This document shows, piece after piece, positions 14,417 to 29,752 of a stretch of DNA of 64,000 nucleotides. The first letter of the stretch is position 1. Each line of letters opens with the position of its first letter. The stretch covers positions 311,612,001 through 311,676,000 of the forward strand of contig OZ024742.1 of the NCBI GenBank assembly GCA_964016885.1, in the 5' to 3' direction. The translations under genes were made by a program, and so were the position numbers. The DNA comes from Eledone cirrhosa (lineage: Eukaryota). Under the pieces are notes generated by a model. The model was not told where the DNA came from. It did not search any database and saw nothing but the letters and a program-made list of their open reading frames with translations.

Positions 14417-16406
14417 TAACAATAATATAAAGCCAACCAACAACAGTATCGTTACCAACAACAGCGACATCAGTTACGTGTTCTTTCCATTCCTAATCAC
14501 GGCACCATTCAAATTAAAGCCACTTCATCAACTCCATTTTCTCCACTGTCGCCATCACCCACCGCCCACCGCCGCCGCCGCCCCCGCTGCGACCACCATT
14601 ACTGCCGCCGCTGCCACCACCATTACTACAACCGCAACTATTACCATCGCCGTCGCCACCATCACCACCGCTTACCATTATCGTCAGTACCTCTACTACC
14701 ACTACCAAGCACAAACAACGTTGTGTACCATCTCGATAACAACCTAGCTTTCCCCTGATTAGTTTGTATGTCTGACCTTTTCAGTGTTCGGTTTCCCGCC
14801 GCTGCACCACAAATCTTAATCAATTTGCTTATGGACGCCATATTGTTAATGATTCAGTGCAGAGATTTCTACAACGATGAATGCATACGGGTGGTGGGAG
14901 GTGGTGGTGGTGTTGGATATGATAACGGGTGGGGATGGGAGAATGGTGAAATTCGAGAGAGAAGAAGGAAAAGTAAGCACCGAATAAATAAATAAATAAA
15001 TGAATAAATAAGATACAGAAGAGAAATAACAAAGAAAAAACTAGAAAAGAAAGGAAGACAGAAAGAAAATGAGAAGAAGAAATAAGGAAAGGAGTTGGTT
15101 GTCAGACCGGACCAAGGAAACTATCTAGTGCGGATGCTGTCTGCTGGTTGTAAACTCTGGCAGAAGTGTCACCGCTTTTCCGGTGATAAAAGGAGGCCTG
15201 ATTTAATCTAAGAACGCACAAAGCCATCCAGACTTTAACAATCCACGTTCTCTGGATTGATACTTTGTTTATTGAATCGGAAAAGATGGAAAGCAAAGTT
15301 AACCTCGGTGGGATTGAGACTGAAACTCAGGGTGCAGAGAGACAGAACAAACACCACGGTATTAAATCCGATGATCTCACGATTTTACCTGCCGAAATAA
15401 AGGAAAATAAAATATAGCAGAACTATGGCAACGAGTTGACAGAGTCGTTAGAAAATCAGATAGAATTGTTTGCGGTATTTATTCTGACTTCCTGCAAAAT
15501 ACAAAGGGGACAAACTCTCTTCCTGTACTTATCATAATACCTTTTAGGGCTTTCACCAAATTAGCACAAATTTGTATTTCATGTATTCATAAACACTCGT
15601 TACAATAATCTTACTTTTATGCTTTGCACGCTAATCTACATTATCTAAACATTATATTATTCGGAAATAAGGAATGAAATTATATCATTGCCCTATTTAT
15701 AATCTATAGATGCCATTGTGGGATTTGTATGTCGCTTCATGCAACCCGGAAGTAATGATTAGTTTCTCAGTAATTGGTGAGTAATAACTTGACTTTCCCT
15801 TCGGCATCCTTTCTTTGAGTTGGATTTTTTGCCGTTTTATTTATAGAAGATATTGTAAAAGACATTGTCAACATCTCTTGAAATTTTCTATAACTGGAAA
15901 TACAAATATAACCGCTTATCGTCTGCTCAGCTAACACAAAATATTTCACTAATGTGGACATCACTGTTGACAGATAAAAAGAGAGGTAATCACGAGAGAG
16001 GTAATAGTGACGTTATTCTGGATATCAGCTGCCTTAATGAGTTTGATTGTGGAGATGTGGAAAAAGAAAACTCTCTAGAACCCCCCCCCCCCCCCCAAAT
16101 GAAACCAATAAATTTGTATTGAATTTACTACCTCATGACTGAGCCAGCGAGGTAACACCCAAATCTCGCCCAAAACTGCACCTTACTGCCTTAGAAAAGA
16201 AGGATATATTGTAGATCTAGATTCACTATACCTAGAAAAATAGAGGATGATTACGACTGGAAAGTCTTGATCATACGTCTGTTTAATTAGGGGATAAGCA
16301 ATGAAAACAACAGTCTAGTAACGAGAGAAGACAACTCTCCTTAGACGACGGGGATCTCTGAACTTCATCATCGTCGTCATTATCCTCATCCACTTCATTT
16401 TATATT

Positions 16407-16615
16407 AGGTGGATTGGCAGTATTAGTAAAGCGTCGGCCACCATGTTTTGCAGCATAGAGTTACGGCCATTTACTTTTTGAGTTCAAATTCCGCCGAGGT
16501 TAACTTTGCATTTCGTCCTTACGGGGTTGATTTAATAGATTTCCTCCTCCCTAAAATTCTTGGCCTTGTGCCTAAATCAGAAACCATCATTATCACTAGT
16601 ACTACTACTATTACA

Positions 16616-16685
<70 letters not shown>

Positions 16686-16687
16686 TA

Positions 16688-16731
<44 letters not shown>

Positions 16732-16738
16732 AACAACA

Positions 16739-16780
<42 letters not shown>
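16407..16780 (+). repeat. S1 SINE followed by an expanded (ACT)n microsatellite
   Basis: SINE at 16407-16585; (ACT)n at ~16597-16780. Confidence 0.85.
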
Positions 16781-17061
16781 GCCATCACCACCCCGCTCCA
16801 TTATAAAAATCTCCATCGTCGCAACCCCCAGCGTGATTCTTATATTTCATATAACTGCTCTGTAAATCATCTGATGTTTTTACATTGAGCTACTTAACTT
16901 ACTGGTAATAAGGTAGTAATATATTACTGCCTACCACTATTTAGGGTTTGTATAAAAATATATATAACTGCAAAAGGTTTTTGTATTTACATAACCATAA
17001 ATAGTATAATTAATACTATTAACTGCTCCATATTGTTGAGCTGACATATAATATTACCAAT

Positions 17062-19598
17062 ATGCTAATCAAAGACCAACTCCCCATGTCAACCAAGAAC
17101 ATACCAATACCATCCAGGAATACATATGAGAATTGCTGATCAACAGTGTAAATTCATTTATCAATAGAGTGAGATGGAGGACATTCCATTATGATAGAAA
17201 CAGATCTAACAATGTGAATAATACTAACAAATTTGACTCCTTCGGCTTTAAAACCTTTAAAAGCCCCCCTCATAACACACTACTTAACTCCTTTGAAAAT
17301 GATCTAGTTAAACTAGTTAAGAACATTAAATACAATAAGCACCATAATAGAAGCAATACCTTCTTAAACAAACTTAACACCTCTATTAATGGATTCAAAA
17401 CTAGTAATAAAATTATTGTACACGCAGATAAAACTAATAACATATACAGCCTAGATTATAATACTTATAGAAAGTTTATATATAATGAACTACATAAAAG
17501 CTACAAGAAGACCACCTTGAAAAACTTAGAAGATATTAATATAGAGGGATATAATATAGTGTCTAAACTAGGACTTCAGAGGCATACACAACCATTCACC
17601 CCAAACCCCCCTAGATTCTCTCTGAAGGATCATAAGGAGGACTTCATCAGCAACCCCTCGATAAGACTTATCTGCCCTTCCAAGTCCGACATTGGTATTA
17701 TCAGCAAGAAAATTTTAGATAAAATCATCCCACAAATTAAACACAAGATACACCTTAAACAATGGGGAAATACGGGTGAAGTGATTGAATGGTTCAAAGA
17801 TATCAAGAATAATAAGGACAAAAAATTCATTCAATTTGATATCAATTCATACTACATCTCTATTTCCCCTATCCTATTAAATAAGGCACTAATTATGGCC
17901 ATGAACAATAGCGACCTGACTAGAGCCCAGATTGATGTCATCCTTGCGGCCCGTAAAACCATAATCAACTTCGAGGACCAACTATGGACACGCAAGGATA
18001 CGCACAACAACTTCGACATAACCATGGGATCTAGTGACTCGGCGCAGGTCACTGATTTGGTCGGCCTATACCTTCTTAATAAAATCCATAAGGATCTCCC
18101 TTACCTCAACGGTGGTTTGTACCGCGATGATGCACTTCTACTTATAGAATATAAAAAATTTAATATAGAAAGAACTAGAAAACTATTGCACAAGACATTC
18201 AAAAACTTTAACCTTAGTATCACCATGGACAAAAACACTAAAAATGTTAACTTCCTAGACGCCACACTATACCTAGACTCAAAAATATATACACCTTTCC
18301 ATAAGCCTAACGAAAAACTCATTTACGTAGATACCAAGTCTAATCACCCTAGATCAATATTAAACTCTATCTCTAAGGGCGTATCCAATAGAATCTCTAA
18401 TCTATCCTATGACGCAAACATATTTAGCAAAAACTCACAATATTATAATCAAGCATTAGCTAGATCCGGCCATAATATAGAAATTGAGTTCCTACCCAAG
18501 AAAGCACATAGCTACAACATCATCTCGCACAACATGTCCATGAGGAAACCTAATAATAGGAATAGCAACCACAAGTACACCAAAGCGGAGGGTGCCACCG
18601 GAAGTAACCATTACCACGGAAACTACCGTAGTGCCTTAGGAAGAAACAACACACCAAACACTAAAAACAAAAATAGAAGAAGAAATAATACATTTTTCAA
18701 CCCTCCTTTCAACCTAAATGTCTCCACCAACATACCTAGGGTCTTCTTCTCACTACTAGATAAAAACTTCCCTCTAGGACACAAGTACCACAACCTTTTA
18801 AACAAAAACACCATTAAAATCTCATACTCTACGACGCCTAACTTAGCATACCACATAGCTAGCAGCAATAAAAGTAAAATTAATTCTTACTTCCAACAAA
18901 CGAAATCACAACAGAATGTAAATCTTCTAAATACCTCTGTAGCAAGCGACCATAGTAACGGCAGTAACAATAGAAATAACACTAGTATAAGAAATAACAC
19001 CGGGGTCGACAACCCGAATGTCCAAAATCCTATAGCTACCACCCAGACGTCTGCACTGCATTATAACCAGCGGACTAACACACAGGATAATTGTAACTGT
19101 AGAGCCAATAGAACCTGCCCTTTAGATAAAAAATGCCTAACCAAGGATATCATATACTCATGCACCGTCACAACTAGCAACTCTTCAGAAACCTATGTAG
19201 GCTCCACTTCTAACTGCTTCAAAATCAGATATAATTCGCACATCCACTCGTTAAAAAAGCACAGTCTAGCCAACTCCACCTCACTATCTAGCTACATACA
19301 CTATCTAAAAACTAAAAATAAACCTTACACACTCAAATGGGAAGTGATAGGTAGCGCGACTTCGTACAAACCACTTAATAAATTTTGTAACCTCTGTATA
19401 CTAGAGACCCACAATATTATCTTCTCTAACCGTAACTTAACAAAAAATCTGAAGTGTTTGCAACTTGCCAGCACCGCTTCAGACATTCCTTCCAAAACTT
19501 TAAGCCCAATATATAGCAATGTCGGACTTGAACCAAACACCACCTCTAGCATCATACACCAGGGGCACACCTTATACCACATACCCAACACTAACTGA
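17062..19598 (+). pseudogene. PLE RT + GIY-YIG protein (821-aa open core, apparent frameshifts at both ends)
   Basis: An upstream frame from ATG 17062 gives MSTKNIPIPSRNTYE. Core motifs: FINRVRW, ADKTNNIY, LKDHK, FIQFDINSYYISI, FDITMGSSDSAQVTDLVG, GLYRDD, NFLD, CNCRANRTCPLDKKC, IIY..TYVGST..RYNSH and CNLCILE. A shifted frame near 19440 gives KKSEVFATCQHR. Confidence 0.9.
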
Positions 19599-20959
19599 TC
19601 TAATATAACACAAACAGCGACATCCCTCTAGAAACCTTCGCAGGGCGAATACCCATTTGTACCTCTACTTTAGGTGTGACAACATCCACCCACTTGAACT
19701 GCACTACACCGCTCTATAGGTAATTTAAGCATGAATTGATTGTCCTGTTGGTGTTGTGCGGAGGAGGTGCCTTCGTTGGACAGATGAAAAACGAATTAAT
19801 CTAGTAACGCTGTTGAGCAGTATGACCGGTACGCTGAGTGCAGGGAATGAATGTATTGCAACTGGCGTGCGGGTTGTACATATATGGATGATTTGATGGT
19901 CAGAGTGGGGTCATGAGGACTGCGGATTGACCTTTGGTCGGCCCTGGTGATGATCATCTTTCGACATCCAATGTAGCAAGCGATGATCCGGAACTTACCA
20001 GAGATCATTGTGTGTTGAAGTGATTCTGCAATCACCGCGCCTGGTCCTTTGAGTAGACTACAACCACAGAGATCATTAATTTAGAAGCCTCGCTCGTCGT
20101 CTATAATATTCATTTGTGGCACTCTACGATGGGGGTTAATTCACCATAATAATACGAACCCCTTCAGCACAACTTAATAGACTACTCTATAGTTAAAACA
20201 CTTTAAGCTTTAGAAGTTTTTAGAAATTGCGCATAACCATACAAGTTAGGGTCTATTTTGAGACACATTTCAATAATTAGTAATAGAAACCTCGGAGTTA
20301 CCTCCCCTCATGCATTAACTCCCCTTAGCCACACACACACTTCCGGGTAGTATTTCAATGTCGATTTTCGAAACGTAACATCCTTCTGTATTGAACTAAA
20401 GAACATCAGACTACGATTCTCTAACTGGATTGTCAAACGCTCAATATCGAATTGTCGTGGATTATGTGAGGGGCATATAATCTGAAAAATAAACTCCCCA
20501 GACTATGAAAATGTCGAAGTACATGAAGTCCATAACATCCCTTCGCTGTGCATTTCCAATATTTTTAATATTTTTAATGCTTGCACTATTTTTAATGTTT
20601 ATATTATTTCTCTATACACAGACTATAACAATCATATAAAGAATTTGCCACCAGATCAACCAACCTAACACTCTTGTTTACCTACTTAAGTGCTTCTACT
20701 ACACGTAACTCTCTGCCACACTATATAAACAAGACGCACGTGCTTGCCACACATATAACACTTGCACTATATAACCGCTTATTTTCATGTTGTATTTTAA
20801 CCTGTATTTTTGATTGTATCTTTTAATATGAATGTAATCTCTAAGTGTGTACTGCCACTCTAAATGCTGTAATGACTGTTGACCCACAATATTTGCATAT
20901 GTATCTGTATGTCTCTTGGGTGAAAAGGAGGTCATATAAGTGTTCATTCAATAATAAAT

Positions 20960-21006
20960 TGCTCCGAAGAATCCAAACCTCGGTTTGGAGGAAACAGTTG
21001 TAAGCA
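20960..21006 (+). ncRNA. Type I hammerhead of the PLE-2 pLTR (U4C variant)
   Basis: UGCU-CCGAAGA-A-UCCAAAC cucg GUUUGGA-G-GAAA-CA gu UG-UA-AGCA. All three stems pair; GUA triplet. Confidence 0.75.
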
Positions 21007-21037
21007 TAAAAATGTTTTGAACAGTTCTTTGATTCTT

Positions 21038-21108
<71 letters not shown>

Positions 21109-21311
21109 CTAATGATAGCTAAGATGCTTCCATAGGCGGTATGCCGGCTGAGCACTCTATGCGCCTACGGAGCAGAGTATGATATAGTGGAAAACGAAAA
21201 CAGTGATGCATCGGAACTCAATTTATTGTGTTACAATTGTTTCCCCGGCGAACAGCTCGAGGTGCGATCTGTGTGTGGATCGACCTGCGAGTCTAGAGTC
21301 AGGTCGATCGA

Positions 21312-21451
21312 CGGCGAAAGAAGGGAGAGAAGCTAACAGTCTGTGTCACGCTGTTGGCGATCATCACTCCCTGCTTTCGTCGAAAATTATAGAAGCTGGA
21401 TTCTTCCAACAGCGTGAAATAGACTGTTAGCTTCTCTCCCTTCTTTCGCCG
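21312..21451. repeat. Long fold-back (31-bp perfect outer stem plus 12-bp inner stem)
   Basis: CGGCGAAAGAAGGGAGAGAAGCTAACAGTCT...AGACTGTTAGCTTCTCTCCCTTCTTTCGCCG and TCACGCTGTTGG...CCAACAGCGTGA. Confidence 0.85.
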
Positions 21452-21832
21452 AAAAGAAGTAAGTGACATGGTCACTACTTTAAAACCGATAACGTATGGT
21501 CTTCAAAATGTTTTTAATTAAACATACGGTATATTGCCAAATATACTATACATACATTCATGTATACATCGCTATTTCAGAGCACCAATCCTATATATGT
21601 ATAAATCTACATACATACATACATATGTACATACATACATTTACCTATGTATATAGCTATGCATTTATACATTTGTATATATACATGCATTTATATTTAA
21701 GTGTGTAAGGATGTTGAGATGATTTATATTTTTTTGGTAAGGAGAGAATTTTGCCTCCAGATTTTATTACCTTGGGAGATTAAATACCACCGCATTTCAA
21801 CCTCATCAAACACTAACGCCGGCCTGTGTGTG

Positions 21833-21925
21833 TATGTATGTATGTATGTATGTATGTATGTATGTATGTATGTATGTATGTATGTATGTATGTATGTATG
21901 TATGTATGTATGTATGTATGTATGC
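21833..21925. repeat. (TATG)n microsatellite
   Basis: Directly visible. Confidence 0.95.
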
Positions 21926-22545
21926 ATGTGTGTATATGATTGTATGTATATGTATACACCCACACCTTTCATCCCATTGCTTCTCTTTCTTGTCGTTTCT
22001 GTTGTTCTTGTAACTGTTGTCATAGTTTATGTTGTCCTTATTTTCATTTTCTTTGATTTCTTTTGTTTTTCTTTCATCTCCCTAGGGAATTCGTTGGCAA
22101 GCTTCTTTTATTTATTTTCTTCGTTTTCTTCATTCAAATGCATTCACACTGGCTGTCTCAGAGACGTACAAATATGGCTTATAAAACTTATCTAAGTAAA
22201 TAGCCTTCCAGCCCCCCCCCCCCCCTAGCGTCCACCAAAGCTTCAAACACCCCCCTGGAGTTCCGAAACGCTCCCGGGGGGAGGGGGGCATATACCCCTC
22301 GTTGAGAACCTTTGAGCTATATTATGATCTTAGCTATGTTCTTATGACCTCAGAGAACCAACTGACTGTTATTTAATAAATGATATATAATTCAGTGTTT
22401 CATAGAGTCGCAGGTATCTCAAGATTTGATTACTGATAATTCTGTCACCGTTGCTGCATTATGTTTGTAATAAAGATATTTGACAATAATCCGCCTCTCA
22501 GGCCTGACATAAGGGTAAACAACATGTATTATTAATAGGGCGATC

Positions 22546-22765
22546 GGGCGGTGGATTAGCAGCATCGGTAGAGAGTCGAACACCATGCTTTGCAGCATAG
22601 AGTTACGTCTCTTTACGGTCTGAGTTCAAATCCTGTCGAGGTTAACTTTGCCTTTCATCCTTACGGGGTCGATAAAATAAAGTACCAGTAACGTACTGGA
22701 ATCGATTTAATTGACTTTCCCCTTCCCCCAAATCACTGGCCTTGTGCTTATAGTAGAAATCGTTA
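22546..22765 (+). mobile_element. S1 SINE
   Basis: Full head, core and tail match the other copies. Confidence 0.85.
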
Positions 22766-23349
22766 TTAATTGGGCGATAGATTGACAAAATATGTTGAGG
22801 GTCGGACAAAATATCCTGTGCGTATTTGGTTTGGGCACATTCAGGAAGCCAAACGGGCTGCAGTTTGTCCATGATTAGTGAAAAATATGACGTGAGAAGG
22901 AAAGTTAAACGTGTCAACTTCTATTTAACTAATACTCTAGTGCTGTTACAATCTTTAGCGGAAGCCATTGCCCTTTACGTTGAAGATGTCATGCATTCAG
23001 TATTTTATCATGACACTGACGACGGTTACTGTTGTTATAATCATTGAAACGTTGTCATAGGGATGGTGGTGATCCATGTAATATATATTCATAAATATAT
23101 ACAGTTGTACCCCGGTATTCGCGGGAGTCACGTTCCTAGAGCATCCCCCAAGTGTGAAAAACCGCGAATATTGGACGTGGTCCATAAAAATGCCTATATA
23201 CGACAAAACATAACGTAAAATATAAGCCGGCAAATATGGTATATCGTTATTAATAATTTAACGTTAAAAAGTGTGAAAAATTACATATGAAAAAAGCCAT
23301 TAAAAAATCGCAGAAGATATTTACGATTCTGCGAATATGCGGTGGTTTA

Positions 23350-24935
<1,586 letters not shown>

Positions 24936-24937
24936 TT

Positions 24938-24987
<50 letters not shown>

Positions 24988-25244
24988 ATTGCATAGTGAC
25001 CAGAGAAAATGTAAAGTCGAGACGAAGAAAAAATAGGTATATTGTGTCTATTATGCCTTCTTATTTTATAATATTTTACATAGCTCTGATATTGAGTCAA
25101 TTTAATTATTTCGATTATCTTGTCTCTAATAATCAAAGAGCAACACTGGTTAAGGTCGACAACATACAATCTCACATACTTGTGAAAAATATATGTTTAT
25201 ATATACATGTATATGTATGTATGCACATATATCTGTATACCTCT

Positions 25245-26175
25245 CGGTGGATTGGCAGTATCGGTAGAGGGTCGGACGCCATGCTTTGCAGCATAGAGTT
25301 ATGGCCCTTTATGATCTGAGTTCAAATCCCGCCGAGGTTAACTTTGCCTTTCATCCTTACGGGATAGATAACATAAAGTACCAGTAATACACTGGAATAA
25401 TTGCTGGCCTTGTGCTAAAAGTAGAAACAATTATTGTCTCTAACTCCCTCACGGTAGAGTAACCACGGAAGTATAGTGACTGCTTTCAAGCAAACACTAT
25501 ATACCCTTCTAGTCAACCTTACAACCCCTCTGTAGCCTCTGTATCATATCCCCCTCCGCCTTCTGAGATATTTTTCACTGCTACAAGGGGTTAATCCCCT
25601 TTCTTGACCGGTGTATCACGTGATAGAGTCTCCCTCCGCCTTTTTGAGATTTTCTCGCTTGCTACGGACGTATGTAGTTAGGGCCCTTCCCTGAGGTGCT
25701 CCCTTGATAAGCTGGCTTACCTCACAACAATGTTACATATCTATGATATAACATTTTTGCATAGTGACCAGCGAAACTGCGGTGGATTGGCAGTATCGGT
25801 AGAGGGTCAGACGCCATGCTTTGAAGCATAGAGTTACCTCCCTTTATGATCTGAGTTCAAATCCCGCCGAGGTTAACTTTGCTTTTCATCCTTACAGGGT
25901 CGATAAAATAAAGTACCAGTAATGCACTAGGATAATTGCTAGCCTTGTGCCAAAAGTAGAAACAATTATTGTATATATACAAAGGGCGGTGGATTGGCAG
26001 TGTCGGTAGAGGGTCGGACGCCATGCTTTCCAGCATAGTTACGTCCCTTTACGATCTGAGTTCAAATCTCGCCGAGGTTGACTTTGCCTTTCATCCTTAC
26101 GGGGTCGATAAATTAAAGTACCAGTAATGCACTGGGTTATTGCTGGCCTTGTGCCTAAAGTAGAAACAATTATTG
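25245..26175 (+). mobile_element. Three S1 SINE copies (25245-25435, 25779-25970, 25984-26175)
   Basis: Consensus head, core and tail. A different repeat remnant lies at 25440-25760. Confidence 0.85.
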
Positions 26176-26187
26176 TATATATATATA

Positions 26188-28495
26188 TCATCATCATCAT
26201 CATCATTCGTCGACTACTGTTGAGATGATGGATCTCACTCTCATGCCCCAGAATTCCCTGTCCCCCATCGCTGCCCCCAGGTCCTGTCTACTGATTCCCG
26301 TATCCCTAGAGATAACGTCAGGGAATGACAGCTTCCTACTCCTAGTCAGGCTGGAGTCAGGGTTCCAGAGCAAGAGAGCGGATATGATTTCATTGCTGGC
26401 ACGGTGACAGTGGCCAGCAAATTGAGCTCTCCGGGATTTTAGAAGGGCAGAGGCTCGAGGGAGTTTGCCATAGATTTTAGACAAGGTGGGATGTCGTTTC
26501 CAGGATAGGTTTTGCACTCTCATTAAGAGGCGGGTATATATCAAGTTGTGATGTTAGTGTCCAAGTTTCGGATCCATAAAGTAATATGGGCTTAATGGTT
26601 GCTTGGAATATTTCCAGTTTTAGCTTGTTGGTAAGTTGAGATGTCCATATGGCGTGCATGTCATTGCACGCTGACCATCCCATACCCTTCCTGGTTAGAA
26701 AATCTTTTTTGGAGGAGGAGATATATGAGCCAAGATACTTGTAATCTTCCACCTGCTTAAGGGTGGTACCATTAAGGGTTCTGATGGGGTAGTTTGGGCT
26801 GTTTGCGCATCTGTTCACATACTCAGTCTTGGATTCGTTGAGGTACAGTCCAACACAGTTGGACGCTTGCTCTAATGACTTCAAAAGACTCTCAGCATTT
26901 TCCAGTGACCGACTGATCAATGCGATGTCATCAGCAAAGTCGGTGTCGGTCAAGTATTTTGCTTGGTAGTGTGAGCTTCTCCTAGGCTGTAGTTGGTATC
27001 CCTTATCCTGAATCCTATCCACAGACATGCGCAAAACATAATCCACAACAATGATAAATAGATACGGAGCAAGGGTATCGCTCTGTAAAATTTCAGCGAG
27101 GATTGAGAAAGGTGGTGTTTCCCCATCTGGGGTCAGGACAGTTGATTTGGTATCTGTATACATTACACGTATGGCCGCGATGATTTTATCAGGAATCCCA
27201 TAGAGTTGTAGAATTTCAAACATCCCCGACCTGTCAACTGAGTCGAAGGCTTTTGAAAAATCAACAAAGATGAGTGCAAGGTCTAGATTGCGGTTTTGGG
27301 ACTCCTCTATAAGTCGGCGAAGGAAGAGAATCTGGCTAAGTGTTGATCTACCTCTCCTAAATCCATTCTGGTTGTTGCGAAGGATTGGCTCAAGAATGGG
27401 ATGAAGCGGTTAAGAAGAAGCTTGTTGTATATTTTTGCAGCAATTGCCATGAGAGAAATTCCTCTATAGTTGGTGGCTAAAGAAAGATCTCCTTTTTGGG
27501 GCATGGGGATAATTTGAGCTGCATGCCAGACGCTAGGTGGTTTATTGGTCTCGAAAGTATGGTTACATAAGTTGAGCAAAAGGATGTGGAAACGCTCATC
27601 CCTCCAAATCAGGGTAGGTATATTATCCGGCCAAAAGGCTTTTGAGGCTTTGAGCTGTTTGATGGCTTCTTTGAGCTCAGGCATGGTGAAAGGAGAGATG
27701 TTGATTCCTAAAGGCTCTGAAACCTGAACGGATGGCAGTTGATAGTTATCAGGGAGTCTGGCCTTTTTCCCTAGAAGGTTTTTAAAATGAGCAGACCAAT
27801 TTTCAAGACGTTTTTTGGCAGAGCCTCCTTTGATTCTAACTGCAGAGTTTGAGTTTTTGCCTGAAAGATCTTTGACAACCTTCCAAGCAAGATGATGGTG
27901 TTTGCTGATGTGATGTTGCGATAGCTGATCAATCCTACCTGAGATATAGTCGGCTTCAGCATTAAGATAAGCGTCGTCTAGTGATTTTTTGGCCATGATA
28001 AGCTGTATCTTTTTCCCTTGAGATGGTGATTGATGGTGAGATTGGGATATTGACCTAAGATGGGCCCTTGCCTCAACCACCTTCTCTGAGGCACTAGGTT
28101 TCATTTGGCTTTGGCTTTTCTTTTTAGGTAGGGTGGCAAGTGCAACTTCCTCTGTTGATTGCTTAAGACAGTCATACACATCTTCAATATTATCGTCATT
28201 GATGTCAGAAGTTGAGAGAGATTGAAATCTGTTATAGACTTGAAGCATGAAGCTATTGGATAGTTGTTTGTTGGAAGAAACGGCTTTCCAGTCTATTCTT
28301 TTCATGGGATGAGGTTCGGCCCTCTTTGATATCCTAAGGCTAAGTTTGATTGTTGCCGAGATGACTCGATGATCTGAGCCAACAGAGCTAAAGGAGGAAT
28401 AAGATCTAGAATTTTTTTATTGAGTTTCTCCATTTCTTGCGAAATATCAAATAGTCAATCTGAGCTCGTTTTTGGTTTGGGTATTCGAAGGTCCA
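26188..28495 (-). pseudogene. 5'-truncated RTE-type LINE (APE C-terminus + RT) with (GAT)n tail
   Basis: QIDY..GSDHR, KGDLSLATNYRGISLMAIAAKIYNK, FVDFSKAFDSV, TLAPYLFIIVVD, DFADDIAL, YKYLGS, LLYGSETW and FAGHC. Frameshifts present; 3' (TGA)n tail at 26188-26205. Confidence 0.9.
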
Positions 28496-28518
28496 ATATA
28501 TATATGAAAAGAGTCAGG

Positions 28519-28614
28519 ACCCCGACGGCTGAGCTCCGGCCGTTTCGACAGCTAGATCCGAACTAACCCACCAGTATTAGAACAGCGGGAATCTAGCTGA
28601 ACTTATCAAGGGGC
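28519..28614 (-). ncRNA. Type I hammerhead with compensatory U3-A8 core and long stem II
   Basis: GCCCC-UUGAUAA-GUU CAGCUAGAU...AUCUAGCUG UC-GAAA-CGGC cggagcuca GCCG-UC-GGGGU. Stem I 5 bp, stem II with a 9-bp perfect block, stem III 5 bp, GUC triplet. Confidence 0.75.
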
Positions 28615-29604
28615 ACACTCCATATATGGGCATGCAGTCAAAGTCCCCCAAAAGCAAAAGAATCTAAGCAAAAAATCCTAAGTTTGTTGTTTTTCTTGTC
28701 TGTCGCGGGGAGTGGTCAATGATCTGGGATGTCGTGTACATAGTTTATTACCTTCATGGTGGTGGGGGTCTAAACAGGCCGAAATACAAGGGGGAAGGGG
28801 GAAGAAGGCAGACTGACCCGAGGATGCTATATCAGTCAGACGTGTACGCACAGCATTAAGAGAGATTTTATCCTATACAACTATCTATAATCTGTAGAAA
28901 CGGTAATCAATCGTCAATGGGATAAAAAACAAACAAACGAGAGAAAGAATATATTTTCGGCGTGTATCAATCAAAGAGGGTAGCTTAGTGGAGTGTTTAA
29001 GTTAAGTATGCCTAAACTAACACTTGGCTAAAAATCCAAGCATTTATATTTTATTACTAATTCTGCTCCTGATAAAAAAATGTAGTTATCAATTACTCTG
29101 AGGCACAAGAAGGGCACCTCATACACTAATTTACTTGTTTTTTCTTTTATATTCAAACACCCCCCAAAAATCCACCCCGCCGGGGCTGTGAGTAGGCCAC
29201 CAATATGATTGACTGACTTGTCATTCTATTAGTTATGTATTTGTTGGTCTTAAACGATATCAGCTGAATGTCTAGTAAGGTATCATAGCTATTTGTTCGG
29301 CCGGTTCTATAGGGCTGTATGTATGTTTTAGTAAGAGTGAAAATATTCCGGGTTTACCAAAGGAAGATTAGGAATTGTTTATAATAGTGTAAGTATGCAA
29401 GGATCCACCTAAGTGTATTTAGAAAGTGTAAATAACAAAATTCTATTTCTACCTAAGGATGCTTTGGGTTTCCTCTATTTTAGTTTGTAATTGGGAGGGA
29501 AATAAAGCCGAGATCTACCCACCTGGGTCGTGAGAGGGTTTGAAAGTAAGATATGTCCTATATATTCTGTGTTTACACGAGGTAACGAGTTCATTCTTAT
29601 ATAT

Positions 29605-29752
29605 ATAGTCTAAAGTCTGTCTTAAGCCAGAAGGCTCATTTGGCCGGTGCTTATCCCGGTTTCATGGCGTGAAGCGACTGAGAGTACAACCCCCCCCCCC
29701 CTGGACAAGACACCAGTTCATCGCAGGGTTAAACCTCCAGCTATTGCTGGTA
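29605..29752 (-). mobile_element. 3' half of SINE family S2
   Basis: Reverse complement of 63510-63642. Confidence 0.8.

Larger units (their letters stand above)
16834..21049 (+). mobile_element. Penelope-like element PLE-2 (Hydra-clade-like), near full length
   Basis: The 20-bp direct repeat TGATTCTTATATTTCATATA occurs at 16834-16853 and 21030-21049. Long RT-EN ORF, hammerhead near the 3' end, terminates in (TA)n. Confidence 0.85.

Noticed and set aside
14478-14995. Ala/Thr/Gly-rich ORFs as host exons
   Set aside because: Degenerate trinucleotide repeat with no domain signal or convincing splice structure.
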